Of a DNA stretch of 64,000 bases, positions 10,529-19,490 are shown piece by piece; the first letter of the stretch is position 1; each line of letters opens with the position of its first letter. The stretch is from a virus, in IMG/VR virus record IMGVR_UViG_3300034190_002630; one strand, given 5' to 3'. Made by a program: the position numbers and the translations under genes. The notes beneath the pieces were generated by a model, which did not search any database, had not been told where the DNA came from, and was given only the letters and a program-made list of their open reading frames with translations.

Positions 10529-11448
10529 TGAGTTATTTTAAAAACACACCCGAGAGTCTCTTAGAAAAAGTAAAAGAGATTCAAATAAAAACAGCTGCAA
10601 GAGAAGGTAATAAATTTACTAAAGCACTTATGGCTGCGAGAGAAAATGGAAATAAATTTTTTACAGTAAATGGTAAAGAATATGAGACAGAAGCTCTTGA
10701 TGATAAAGATGTAGCAATAATAAAAAAAGTTGTTGGTAAACTTAAAGGTGCATCACAAGCACACGCAGGTCAATCAAAAGATTTAGAAAAAGCATTAAGT
10801 GATGAAGTAAAATATCCTCATGACATGTTCGATCCAAAAACAGGTAAAAAAGAAGTTGCAAAGAATGTAGATGATCATAACAGACTTTCAAAAATGGGAT
10901 ACACTCACGATGACCCTAAAAAGAAAGAAGACCCATCTCATTCAGTAGTTATCAAATCACAAAAGAAAAAAATGAAAGAAGACCCATCTCATTCAGTAGT
11001 TATCAAATCACAAAAGAAAAAAATGAAAGAGGATAACACTAACGACAAGTCTGATGATGGTGAGGGAATGGATAAAGTTCAACCTAAAGCGTTGAAGAAA
11101 AAATTTAAAGATAGAATAGATAAAGATATTGATAATGACGGTGATGTAGATGATTCTGATAGATATCTTCATAGAAGAAGAAAAGCAGTTTCAAAAGCAA
11201 TCAAAAAAGAAGAATCAATATCTGATATTCAAGGTAATAAAAATCTTTCTATGAGAGAAGCACTTGCTAAAATTTGGAAGACTGATGCAGGCAAAAGTTA
11301 TTTTGAAGGATTTGCATCTGATGCTCAAAGAAGAGCTGCCTTTGCACAAGGATACAAAGCAAAAGATAAAGATAAAAAAGAGCAAGTAAAAGAAAAGACT
11401 TTAACAGGTAAGAAAGAAACTAAAGTAGAGATAAATCCAAAAGTTTAA
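10528..11448 (+). CDS. mosaic K/E-rich protein
   Basis: 306 aa; internal 17-aa duplication; DIDNDGDVDDSD loop; GFASDAQRRAAFA module. Confidence 0.75.
   Translation: MSYFKNTPESLLEKVKEIQIKTAAREGNKFTKALMAARENGNKFFTVNGKEYETEALDDKDVAIIKKVVGKLKGASQAHAGQSKDLEKALSDEVKYPHDMFDPKTGKKEVAKNVDDHNRLSKMGYTHDDPKKKEDPSHSVVIKSQKKKMKEDPSHSVVIKSQKKKMKEDNTNDKSDDGEGMDKVQPKALKKKFKDRIDKDIDNDGDVDDSDRYLHRRRKAVSKAIKKEESISDIQGNKNLSMREALAKIWKTDAGKSYFEGFASDAQRRAAFAQGYKAKDKDKKEQVKEKTLTGKKETKVEINPKV
10924..11030 (+). repeat. perfect 51-bp tandem duplication
   Basis: aaagaagacccatctcattcagtagttatcaaatcacaaaagaaaaaaatg at 10924 and 10975, plus 5 nt of a third start. Confidence 0.95.
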
Positions 11449-11449
11449 C

Positions 11450-11971
11450 ATGAGATCACTTGTCGAAATAATGAAGACAAGTGCCGAGGACTTACCACAG
11501 ATATACTGTGATATGGACGGAGTTCTTTGTGACTTTATAAAAGGGGCAAACGCCGCAGTAAATGGTTTGTTTGTCACTGCCGAAAGAGGCACCCGTTGGG
11601 ATAAAATAGCAGAGAAAGGTGCGAAGTTTTGGGCAGACTTAGAGTGGATGCCTGATAGTAAAAAATTATATCAGTTTATCGCAAGATATAATCCTAAAAT
11701 ATTATCAGCATATTCACCTAAAATGGCATCAGGTTCTAAAAAAGGAAAGATGCAGTGGCTCCAAAAAAATACTAGAATCAAAAGAAGTGATATAAATCTA
11801 GTATTAAGAGACCAAAAACGTAAGTTTGCACAAACAAATGACAAACCTAATATACTTATAGATGACTATATAAAGAACGTTAGGGAATGGGAAAGTGCAG
11901 GTGGAATAGGAATAACGCATATAAACGTTAGAAAAACGATATCTGAACTTAAAAAACAAGGATTTAAATAA
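11450..11971 (+). CDS. HAD-family 5'(3')-deoxyribonucleotidase
   Basis: IYCDMDGVLCDF motif I, ILIDD motif IV, WESAGGIGI. Confidence 0.85.
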   Translation: MRSLVEIMKTSAEDLPQIYCDMDGVLCDFIKGANAAVNGLFVTAERGTRWDKIAEKGAKFWADLEWMPDSKKLYQFIARYNPKILSAYSPKMASGSKKGKMQWLQKNTRIKRSDINLVLRDQKRKFAQTNDKPNILIDDYIKNVREWESAGGIGITHINVRKTISELKKQGFK

Positions 11972-11978
11972 GAATTAT

Positions 11979-11986
11979 TATAAATA
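11979..11986 (+). promoter_or_regulatory. T4-type late promoter
   Basis: Intergenic TATAAATA, followed by AGGAG RBS of 12009. Confidence 0.8.
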
Positions 11987-12008
11987 ATAATAAAAAAAGG
12001 AGACTAAC

Positions 12009-13295
12009 ATGGGCTTATGGGGAGTTACACCGAATCTAAAACCAAAGTTTTTGCCTGAAGACAAAAACGCCGCTGGTTCAACTGGTGCAAGACATCACGC
12101 AATAGCGACCAAAAGTGGTTGGGGTCTAACACCAGGCCTTGCTGCTAGTGGAAACGATAACACGGATGCACAACCAGAAATACTGGTATGTGTAAAAAAT
12201 TTAGCAGAAGCATTTGGTTCTGCATCTATTATTGGTATAAATTGGACTGATCAAACAGTCGCAGACACAGGTACATTTGATATCACTGTGACATTTGATG
12301 AGGCAGTGGATGTTACATCTGCAACAAGAACTGCAAACCAAACAATTACAAATAAAGCATACATCTTATTATCAAGAGTTGGAAAAACAGACATGGTTGA
12401 AGACAGTACAATGGCATGTCAATATTTTTCTGGTTCAGGTACAAACCAACTTACATTTAGAGGACTTGCACAGACAAACGCAGCTGCAGGTTTCTTAGCA
12501 TTTAATGGTGAAGGAGTTGGCGATACAGGTGTTGTCACAGGTATTAACTTTGACGGAACTGCAACAATAACTGAGGAAGACGGAAGTTCAGGTTTAAGTA
12601 TTAGACTTGAAGCTGGAACAACATCTGATCCAACATTTGGTGCAAAACTTATTGCAAACGGAAGTGCCGGTAAATCTGCAACAGTAAACGGTGCAATAAC
12701 AACTGCAACAACAGCATTAGTATTAGACGGTAATTCTGGTACAATCGCAGTTGGTGATGTTGTCACTGTCAAAGATACAAGTACATTATCTTTCGCAGAC
12801 GCAGACGGAAACACAGCAATCTCAACAAACAATGAATTAACAGTTGCCGCTACAAACGGATCAACATCTGTAACACTAAGTGAAGCAATCACAGTCGCAG
12901 ATAATGTTGATGTTTTATTTCATACAGACGGTGGTGAAGAAATCATCTGTGATTCATTAGCATTTAAAGTTGCAGGTCCATTGTTTGCTACAAGATCAGA
13001 TATTACTACAATAACAAGAACTGGTCAAGATACAAGTGTTGCAATACTTTTAGAAGAAGGAACAGCAGACTTTGAAGGTAAAACAAATGGTGACGGAAAC
13101 TTCTTTAGACTTGTACAAGAGTCAGGTAGTGCCGCATCAAATGACAGTGATGGTAGAAACGCAGAAGGTAAGACATTAAGAACTGATCCTATCGTTGTTG
13201 AAACATCATTGAATGATGCCGCAACATTGTCACAGACAGGTACATCAAGTGGTACAGCCAACATCCTCAAAGGTGTTGATGTCGCTGCCGCATAG
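12009..13295 (+). CDS. virion structural/decoration protein
   Basis: MGLWG N-terminus, T/G/A-rich beta content, VTFDEAVDV and SGSGTNQLTF Ig-like motifs; late promoter. Confidence 0.7.
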   Translation: MGLWGVTPNLKPKFLPEDKNAAGSTGARHHAIATKSGWGLTPGLAASGNDNTDAQPEILVCVKNLAEAFGSASIIGINWTDQTVADTGTFDITVTFDEAVDVTSATRTANQTITNKAYILLSRVGKTDMVEDSTMACQYFSGSGTNQLTFRGLAQTNAAAGFLAFNGEGVGDTGVVTGINFDGTATITEEDGSSGLSIRLEAGTTSDPTFGAKLIANGSAGKSATVNGAITTATTALVLDGNSGTIAVGDVVTVKDTSTLSFADADGNTAISTNNELTVAATNGSTSVTLSEAITVADNVDVLFHTDGGEEIICDSLAFKVAGPLFATRSDITTITRTGQDTSVAILLEEGTADFEGKTNGDGNFFRLVQESGSAASNDSDGRNAEGKTLRTDPIVVETSLNDAATLSQTGTSSGTANILKGVDVAAA

Positions 13296-13297
13296 AG

Positions 13298-13412
13298 TAT
13301 AAATAGTTTAGCTTGAGTCTATTATTATAGGCTCAGTGATGTAGGATAGGGAAACTGATTTCCTACAGTAGAATCCCTCGTAAGAGGTTAATAATATAGA
13401 AGGAGACCTATA
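13298..13412 (+). promoter_or_regulatory. late promoter plus three-hairpin leader
   Basis: TATAAATA 13298-13305; stems 13314-13335, 13340-13367 (GAAA loop), 13376-13387 (GTAA loop); AAGGAG RBS. Confidence 0.7.
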
Positions 13413-13967
13413 ATGGCCGATCTAAAGATCACTGCATTAACTTCTCTAGCAGCTGCTTCAGCAAGAGAAGACTTATTGCATATAATCGATGATCCAAGTG
13501 GAACACCGATTAACAAAAAAGAAACAGTTGGAGATTTCTTCAACGCATTAACAGCACCAGTAACACTTGCTGACTCAGACGTTACATTAACTGAGGCAAC
13601 ACACGCTGGTCGTATCGTAATTACACCAAACGTAAGTGCAAATAGAACATACACATTACCAACACCTAAAGTTGGAATGTTATTCAGATTTATTGGCCCA
13701 ACAGGTTTGGCTGCAGCTGATGGTCACTCAGTGATTATCTCTGCTGGTTCTGGTAACTCAATTTTCTTCAAAGGACAATTAGTACACCACGATACAGACC
13801 AAACTGGTCAAACATCATCTGTTGTATTCTCAGATCAAGACTCAAATGAGACAATCACAGTAGCGCTTGCTCAGGCACTTGACATCACATGTGTTGGTAC
13901 ATCAACAACAACATGGCAGATTTCAGGTTTCACTGCATCTAACACAGCAGTGGCATTTGCTGACTAA
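13413..13967 (+). CDS. putative virion protein, paralogue of 14343
   Basis: MADLKITALT...DLLHIIDDPSGTPINKK N-terminus; RTYTLPTP fibre-like motif. Confidence 0.8.
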   Translation: MADLKITALTSLAAASAREDLLHIIDDPSGTPINKKETVGDFFNALTAPVTLADSDVTLTEATHAGRIVITPNVSANRTYTLPTPKVGMLFRFIGPTGLAAADGHSVIISAGSGNSIFFKGQLVHHDTDQTGQTSSVVFSDQDSNETITVALAQALDITCVGTSTTTWQISGFTASNTAVAFAD

Positions 13968-13978
13968 TCTTAATTTTC

Positions 13979-14009
13979 AAGTGACCATCTTTATGGTGGT
14001 CACTTTTTT
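13979..14009 (+). terminator. intrinsic terminator
   Basis: gtgaccatc/ggtggtcac stem followed by T6. Confidence 0.8.
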
Positions 14010-14025
14010 ATCATAAGGAGTTATT

Positions 14026-14283
14026 ATGAGTTTAGGTAAACAAGAACTTGAAGATCAGATTGCAAAGTTGACAAAAGATATAACAACTTTACAAAATGCA
14101 ATCACTGATTTTGAAAAGAAAAAACAAGAAGCAATCGCACAACTAAACGCATTTCAAGGTGCAGTGCAACAATGTCAATTGTTTTTAAAAGAGATTAATA
14201 ATGAGGCCGAAAGTGAAACTGATGATTTAGGTGGATTACCCGATACACCTAAAGAAGAGGAAAGAACTGACGACCAGATGTGA
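14026..14283 (+). CDS. small coiled-coil protein (possible fibre chaperone)
   Basis: AAGGAG RBS; heptads, LNAFQGAVQQC. Confidence 0.75.
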   Translation: MSLGKQELEDQIAKLTKDITTLQNAITDFEKKKQEAIAQLNAFQGAVQQCQLFLKEINNEAESETDDLGGLPDTPKEEERTDDQM

Positions 14284-14342
14284 TTATGGTGTATGCCATA
14301 AGTAAAATTCCCTACGTAGGGTTTATATAAAGGAGAACGGTT

Positions 14343-14819
14343 ATGGCCGATAAGAAAATTACAGCGTTAACAGATTTGTCAACTGGTGTTGCATCTGCTG
14401 ACCTGTTACACGTGATTGATGATCCAAGCGGAACACCAATCAACAAAAAAGTTTCAGTCGCAAACTTTATCAACAACTTACCATCATTTATAGGATTTTC
14501 AAACTCAGTTGAAGATATTTCTGATGGTACACAAACAGCGATCTCAGTATCAACTGCTTTGACATTATTACAAACTGCTGGCACAAACGCAACCACACTT
14601 GCTAATGGAACAGTTGTAGGTCAAATTAAAATCATCGTTCACGATACAGACGGTGGATCAACTGAGATGACACCTGCAAGTGCATTAGGATTTGTAAATG
14701 CAGACTTTGTTACCGCTGGTGATACTCTAACATGTATGTGGACAGGTTCTGCATGGGTTGTACTTGCATCTCACGCTGCAGCCGCTGACACAGGTGTTGC
14801 TGAGGTATCAGACGACTAA
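14343..14819 (+). CDS. putative virion protein, paralogue of 13413
   Basis: MADKKITALT...DLLHVIDDPSGTPINKK; TLANGTVVGQIKII; LTCMWTGSAWVV. Confidence 0.8.
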   Translation: MADKKITALTDLSTGVASADLLHVIDDPSGTPINKKVSVANFINNLPSFIGFSNSVEDISDGTQTAISVSTALTLLQTAGTNATTLANGTVVGQIKIIVHDTDGGSTEMTPASALGFVNADFVTAGDTLTCMWTGSAWVVLASHAAAADTGVAEVSDD

Positions 14820-14830
14820 TAACTAATTAA

Positions 14831-14854
14831 CACTTGGGGCGAGAGCCCCAGGTG
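14831..14854 (+). terminator. stable GNRA hairpin (terminator or processing site)
   Basis: cacttggggc-gaga-gccccaggtg; no clear T tract. Confidence 0.5.
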
Positions 14855-14870
14855 CTATGAAGGGAAAAAA

Positions 14871-15299
14871 ATGAAAAGCTTTAAAAAATTTGTTAAAGAA
14901 AGTGTAGGACCTCACGCTATGGGATTTCAATTTGATTCCAATGACAACATGTCTGCGTTATCAAACCCAGTCGTTATACAAAAATTAAATGCATATGTTG
15001 GTGTTATAACTAATGAGGAAACTAAAATAGTTGAAGATGCAATTTCAAATCTCAGACAAAAACTTATGAGGGTTGGATTGACATTTGGTGAAGTTCCTAT
15101 GTTTGAAGGTAAGAGTGGTAGTTTTTCACTTCCATTAACATTATTCGGTGGAAGATTTGGAAAAGATACTGATACACCTCACGATGAGTTTCTAAATGAT
15201 GATGGTATCTCTGATAAAGTCGAAGGTGGTTTATCACTTAACATCGGTTATGAAATGACCGCTTCAAACTGTTATAAGATTTCTGCAAAAATAGAATAG
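14871..15299 (+). CDS. hypothetical protein with capsid-targeting-like N-terminus
   Basis: MKSFKKFVKE start; FGGRFGKD motif. Confidence 0.75.
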   Translation: MKSFKKFVKESVGPHAMGFQFDSNDNMSALSNPVVIQKLNAYVGVITNEETKIVEDAISNLRQKLMRVGLTFGEVPMFEGKSGSFSLPLTLFGGRFGKDTDTPHDEFLNDDGISDKVEGGLSLNIGYEMTASNCYKISAKIE

Positions 15300-15306
15300 T
15301 AATGGC

Positions 15307-15669
15307 ATGTATGAGAAGATTACTTCTGATAATGTCATCATGTTTGCAATAAAAAATTATAATAACCCTCAGTGTGAGGGTGAACTTGAATTTTATGATG
15401 ATCTAAAAAGATTTAAATATATTAAAAGACTTTTCAAAAAATATCTAGAGACAGGTGAACTTCGAGAACGCCTTCTAATCAATCACTTCATAGTTTTAAA
15501 TAACGTATTTGGATCAGACGCAGCCATTACATTATTACTTTTTAAAATAGAAAAAGAGTATTGGAGTATAATGAAGTCATTTTTAATATATCTAAATATG
15601 TTAGAGAAACACGAATTAAAAGATGTACGATCAGATGAAAACGTGTTTGAAATATTAAGGAAAATATAA
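15307..15669 (+). CDS. conserved T4-like hypothetical protein
   Basis: FAIKNYNNPQC...EFYDDLKRFKYIKRLF...ERLLINH. Confidence 0.8.
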   Translation: MYEKITSDNVIMFAIKNYNNPQCEGELEFYDDLKRFKYIKRLFKKYLETGELRERLLINHFIVLNNVFGSDAAITLLLFKIEKEYWSIMKSFLIYLNMLEKHELKDVRSDENVFEILRKI

Positions 15670-16283
15670 TGGGAAGAGCAGTAGATTTATTCGTTACATA
15701 TCGTTTTATCAAACTACTAACGACACCTTTTGAAAAAACAGAGGCGTTTAAATTAGGTATTATTGATAAAGATGGTAATAGAATTAAAAAAGAAAAATCA
15801 ACAAAACCAGCAGTTGAATTAGCAACTAGTGAACAAAAGGCTGCATATACAATACTTCATAAATTAGTTTTTAATATTAAAAAAATATTTTCAAAGGTAC
15901 CTGGTTTGAGAACTAAAGTTGGAACATATGCTGCCGCTTTGTTTTTATTAAAAGACACATTTAAAGAGTCAGTGTCAGACCCAGATATGTTTGAAAAAGA
16001 GTTTATTAAGTATCTAAAAGAAGAAGATATTGAGTTTGATGATGAAATACAAGAAGAAGTTATAGGATTTGGTGAGCAACTTCCAAAAGGAAGGTATAGG
16101 TTAAAACAAGATATACTAAATAAACAAGAAGAAGAGTTAAGTGCAAAGAAGGGTGATATTGTCATTGCATTTGATGACGAGGCACCGTTTGATACAATAT
16201 TAGGAGTAGAAATTTTTTCTGTTGTGCATGAAAAATCACAAGAAAAAATATACGTAAGTTTAGAGGATTTAGAAGATGCTTAA
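15669..16283 (+). CDS. conserved T4-like hypothetical protein
   Basis: DLFVTYRFIKLLTTPFEKTEAFKLGIIDKDG; YAAALFLLK. Confidence 0.8.
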   Translation: MGRAVDLFVTYRFIKLLTTPFEKTEAFKLGIIDKDGNRIKKEKSTKPAVELATSEQKAAYTILHKLVFNIKKIFSKVPGLRTKVGTYAAALFLLKDTFKESVSDPDMFEKEFIKYLKEEDIEFDDEIQEEVIGFGEQLPKGRYRLKQDILNKQEEELSAKKGDIVIAFDDEAPFDTILGVEIFSVVHEKSQEKIYVSLEDLEDA

Positions 16284-16785
16284 AAAATTTAGAGAGATAA
16301 ATGTCTTTACAGGTAGACCAGTAGAGGAAGATGCACCTACAAATGCAACTGGGCCTGCTGTTGCTGGTACAGGTGATGATAGTTCTGTTGTTGTAGTTAG
16401 AAGAAAAAAAGATAAAGAAAATAAAATGTTTTTAGATGCAAGAACTAAAGCATATAAACAACACGCAGAAAAACTTCAAAAAATGCGTGAAAGAAGAAGT
16501 AAATTAAAAGAAGATATTTTATCAAAAACAGATGAGTTCTACAGAGAAATGTTTGTTGTAGAAAATAATCTTAGAATGTTAAAAGATATTGTTAAAAAGA
16601 AATCAGCAAAACCTTTAAAATTTAAAGATGGTAGAATGAAAGTTGATTTAACAACTGCAAGCACAATTACACAAGTCTATGATAAAGTAAATGCATCTAA
16701 TAAAAAGAAGATTGAAAATATGATAAACGGCACAAAGAAAAACTTTTTACAAATATCTAATGCTGTTTTTAAACTGGCAAGGTAA
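16276..16785 (+). CDS. hypothetical protein
   Basis: EEDAPTNA motif; KFKDG..KVDLTTAS domain. Confidence 0.75.
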   Translation: MLKKFREINVFTGRPVEEDAPTNATGPAVAGTGDDSSVVVVRRKKDKENKMFLDARTKAYKQHAEKLQKMRERRSKLKEDILSKTDEFYREMFVVENNLRMLKDIVKKKSAKPLKFKDGRMKVDLTTASTITQVYDKVNASNKKKIENMINGTKKNFLQISNAVFKLAR

Positions 16786-16787
16786 AC

Positions 16788-18056
16788 ATGGGATTAATGT
16801 CTCTAAAAGAATATGGTCTTGCATATGAACCATCTGGTAGAGATTATGCATATAGTTTATATCAACCTGTCGCAGATCTCAATCTAAGGGCTCAAAAAGA
16901 GAAACAAGTTTCCAAATCAGACATAGATCAGATAGAAAGATACGCAGATCGTCTTTTTGCGTCATTGAATATTGATGTAGAATTTACAAGACATTTTATG
17001 GATCGAGTAAATGATGCAAGAAATAAAACACCTATCACCCCTGCTGAACTCACAAGACTTTTTAGACAATCTTATAGAAAACATGGAAAAAAAATTAAGA
17101 ACTTAGGGCCAGATGCAGAGGCAGTTTTGAATGACATGCAGACTGATATCAATATGCCGTTTGTTTTAAAAGTTGATGGCAATGAACTTGATTTAGTTGC
17201 AAAGACTGTCATGAGAAAAAAGAATTTTAAAACAAAAGGACCGAAACTATCATTTGAAGAATTTAAACAAAAAGATAAGAAAAGAAAACTACCAATTGAA
17301 ACACCAGGTCAACCTAAAATCGCAAGTGTAGATACTTGGACACAAGGACCAGATAACGCAGCACAAATACACACACAAAGAACATTTAATATTACAACAC
17401 CAGGACAAGTAAGAGACTATGCAAAATTAGTTACTACTAGAAAGTTTCAAAAGTTTGAAGAAGTTGATATTGAAGAAGGTATCAAGCCATATGTTTCTAT
17501 GATGAAGAAAGATGTTCGTGGTCGTAGAGTAATGCATTATCGAGTTTTAGATAAAGATGAAAAAGAAATATTAGTAACTACTGATAAAGGTAAAGCTGAA
17601 AAATTTTTAAAGAAAAATTATAATAAACTTAAAACAGGTTCAGTAAAACCTATTAAAGAAGATACTATTGAAGAAAAAGGTCTTTGGCATAATATTCACA
17701 TGAAAAGAAAGCGTGGCGAAAGAATGAGAAAAAAAGGTGAGAAGGGAGCCCCAACACCTGCTCAAATGGCAAAAGCAAAAGCTGCATCTGAGGATAATCA
17801 TACACCTTTAGACAGAATTAAAGCAGATCACAAAAGAGAAAGAGAGGCCGATGCGATAAGAAGAGATAGAGAATTAGATCGTGCAAGATTGGCAACTGCA
17901 AGACAAATGAACACAGAAAAAGCACCTGATACATCTGACGCAATGAAAAGATACAAAGCAGGTAAAGCAGGATTTACGGATATCGCACATTTGAAAGCAA
18001 AAGGATTAATTAAGAGATCTGATGGTACTAAGAGAAAATCAGATAAATACAAATAA
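16788..18056 (+). CDS. mosaic K/E-rich protein (putative head cargo)
   Basis: DVEFTRHFMDRVNDARN...AKTVMRKKNF domain followed by several short basic modules. Confidence 0.75.
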   Translation: MGLMSLKEYGLAYEPSGRDYAYSLYQPVADLNLRAQKEKQVSKSDIDQIERYADRLFASLNIDVEFTRHFMDRVNDARNKTPITPAELTRLFRQSYRKHGKKIKNLGPDAEAVLNDMQTDINMPFVLKVDGNELDLVAKTVMRKKNFKTKGPKLSFEEFKQKDKKRKLPIETPGQPKIASVDTWTQGPDNAAQIHTQRTFNITTPGQVRDYAKLVTTRKFQKFEEVDIEEGIKPYVSMMKKDVRGRRVMHYRVLDKDEKEILVTTDKGKAEKFLKKNYNKLKTGSVKPIKEDTIEEKGLWHNIHMKRKRGERMRKKGEKGAPTPAQMAKAKAASEDNHTPLDRIKADHKREREADAIRRDRELDRARLATARQMNTEKAPDTSDAMKRYKAGKAGFTDIAHLKAKGLIKRSDGTKRKSDKYK

Positions 18057-18349
18057 TGTCAGAACAAACAAAAAAAGTTAATTTAGAATTAGAGATTGAC
18101 ACTAACACAGTTGACTCTAGTAAAAATAAGTATCAAGGTCTAATTGATCTTGCAAAAGCAGTTGATGCTTGGAGAATTTTTCCTAGATTATTTTTAACTG
18201 TTTACATAGTATTATTATATAAATGTGTGATTTGGTATATGAACTTAGCGGCTCCAACAATGGAACAATCTGGTTTGATTAGTATAGTTGTTGGTGCAGG
18301 TGCTGCTTGGTTTGGATTATATACTGGCACAAGTAAAAGTAAGAAATAA
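18056..18349 (+). CDS. two-TM membrane protein (holin candidate)
   Basis: DAWRIFPR followed by two hydrophobic helices and a basic tail. Confidence 0.65.
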   Translation: MSEQTKKVNLELEIDTNTVDSSKNKYQGLIDLAKAVDAWRIFPRLFLTVYIVLLYKCVIWYMNLAAPTMEQSGLISIVVGAGAAWFGLYTGTSKSKK

Positions 18350-18362
18350 TTAGGAGTTTAAA

Positions 18363-18941
18363 ATGGAAATATTATTAACACTTGCCATGAAATTTTGGCA
18401 ATGGACTGTTTTAATAAGTTTAATTATTATTGGTTTTATTGTTAATCTTTTCGATAAAAAGGTTGACAACAGAGTCAATTTTTCATATAATGACTATCCA
18501 CACATGAAACCAATTAGAATTGAAACAAAAGGAAAAGGTTTCTTTAAGATGATATTAATGTGGCTTCTCGGTGTAAGACATTGGGAGATTACAAAAGATT
18601 TTACTTTCTCACTAGAGGGTAAAAATTATGTCATACCAGCAGGTTTTACTTTTGATGGTGCAAGCATTCCAAAATTTTTGCACATGTTCTTATCACCTGT
18701 TGGAGTGCTTTTAATAGGTGGACTCATACACGACTATGCTTATAAGTATGAAACTCTATTAGAAGATAATAAGAAAGACACTATGGGTATCATATCTCAA
18801 AAAAGAGCAGATCAAATCTTTAGAGATATTAATATCGAAGTAAATGGTTTCTATCTTATGAATTACTTAGCATACTGGTCACTAAGACTAGGTGGATTTA
18901 TGGCGTGGAACAAACACCGTAAAGTCAACGCTAAGATATAA
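18363..18941 (+). CDS. DUF1353-like protein with N-terminal TM
   Basis: IPAGFTFDGASIPK, LIHDYAY, ADQIF, LRLGG. Confidence 0.8.
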   Translation: MEILLTLAMKFWQWTVLISLIIIGFIVNLFDKKVDNRVNFSYNDYPHMKPIRIETKGKGFFKMILMWLLGVRHWEITKDFTFSLEGKNYVIPAGFTFDGASIPKFLHMFLSPVGVLLIGGLIHDYAYKYETLLEDNKKDTMGIISQKRADQIFRDINIEVNGFYLMNYLAYWSLRLGGFMAWNKHRKVNAKI

Positions 18942-18956
18942 AAAGGAGGTTCTAAT

Positions 18957-19115
18957 ATGAACTGGTTAAAAGAAAGATCAAAAGAAATGTCTTCTATATC
19001 AGGCGCAAGTCTGGTTGTTCTTGGAGGACTGATAGTATTAGGTGGACCGTTTGTCAATTTACTGGCATGGGCCGCAATCATATGGGGTACTATTTCCATA
19101 GTTCGAAAAGACTAA
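18957..19115 (+). CDS. 52-aa two-TM protein (not in ORF track)
   Basis: AGGAGG RBS; MNWLKERSKEMSSISGASLVVLGGLIVLGGPFVNLLAWAAIIWGTISIVRKD. Confidence 0.75.
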   Translation: MNWLKERSKEMSSISGASLVVLGGLIVLGGPFVNLLAWAAIIWGTISIVRKD

Positions 19116-19121
19116 TCATTT

Positions 19122-19490
19122 ATGTTTGGAATTAGACTATTACTAATAGGTATCGTCAGCGCCACATTGATTGGCGCTGGCGCTTATGTGCTTAAGTTAA
19201 GATCAGATAACGCAATTCTAAAAGCAAATCAAATAAAATTAGAAGGTGCGATTGAGACACAAAAAGAAGTTATCGAAAATCAGAAACAAGACTATGAAAA
19301 AATCATCTCTATCAATAAAGAACTAAATGATGATATAATACAGATTAATAAGTCAAAACAAATATTACAAGATAAATTATCTAAACACGACTTAAATTAT
19401 CTTGCAGTGGAGAAACCAGGGTTGATTGAAAAAATAATCAATAAAGGATCTAATAAAATTATGGATGAACTAAATGAGGCAACAAGATGA
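19122..19490 (+). CDS. inner-membrane spanin (Rz-like)
   Basis: N-terminal TM, long coiled coil, KPGLIEKIIN; followed by a lipoprotein. Confidence 0.7.
   Translation: MFGIRLLLIGIVSATLIGAGAYVLKLRSDNAILKANQIKLEGAIETQKEVIENQKQDYEKIISINKELNDDIIQINKSKQILQDKLSKHDLNYLAVEKPGLIEKIINKGSNKIMDELNEATR

Noticed and set aside
10924-11030. CRISPR array or DGR repeat
   Set aside because: Two adjacent identical in-frame copies, no spacers, no adenine-specific variation, no cas or reverse transcriptase gene
7360-13270. Long antisense ORFs (7360-7983, 12419-12892 and others)
   Set aside because: Shadows of G/T/A-rich structural genes; no RBS or motifs
13306-13400. Hammerhead ribozyme
   Set aside because: Hairpins and GAAA are present, but no CUGANGA core in the required arrangement
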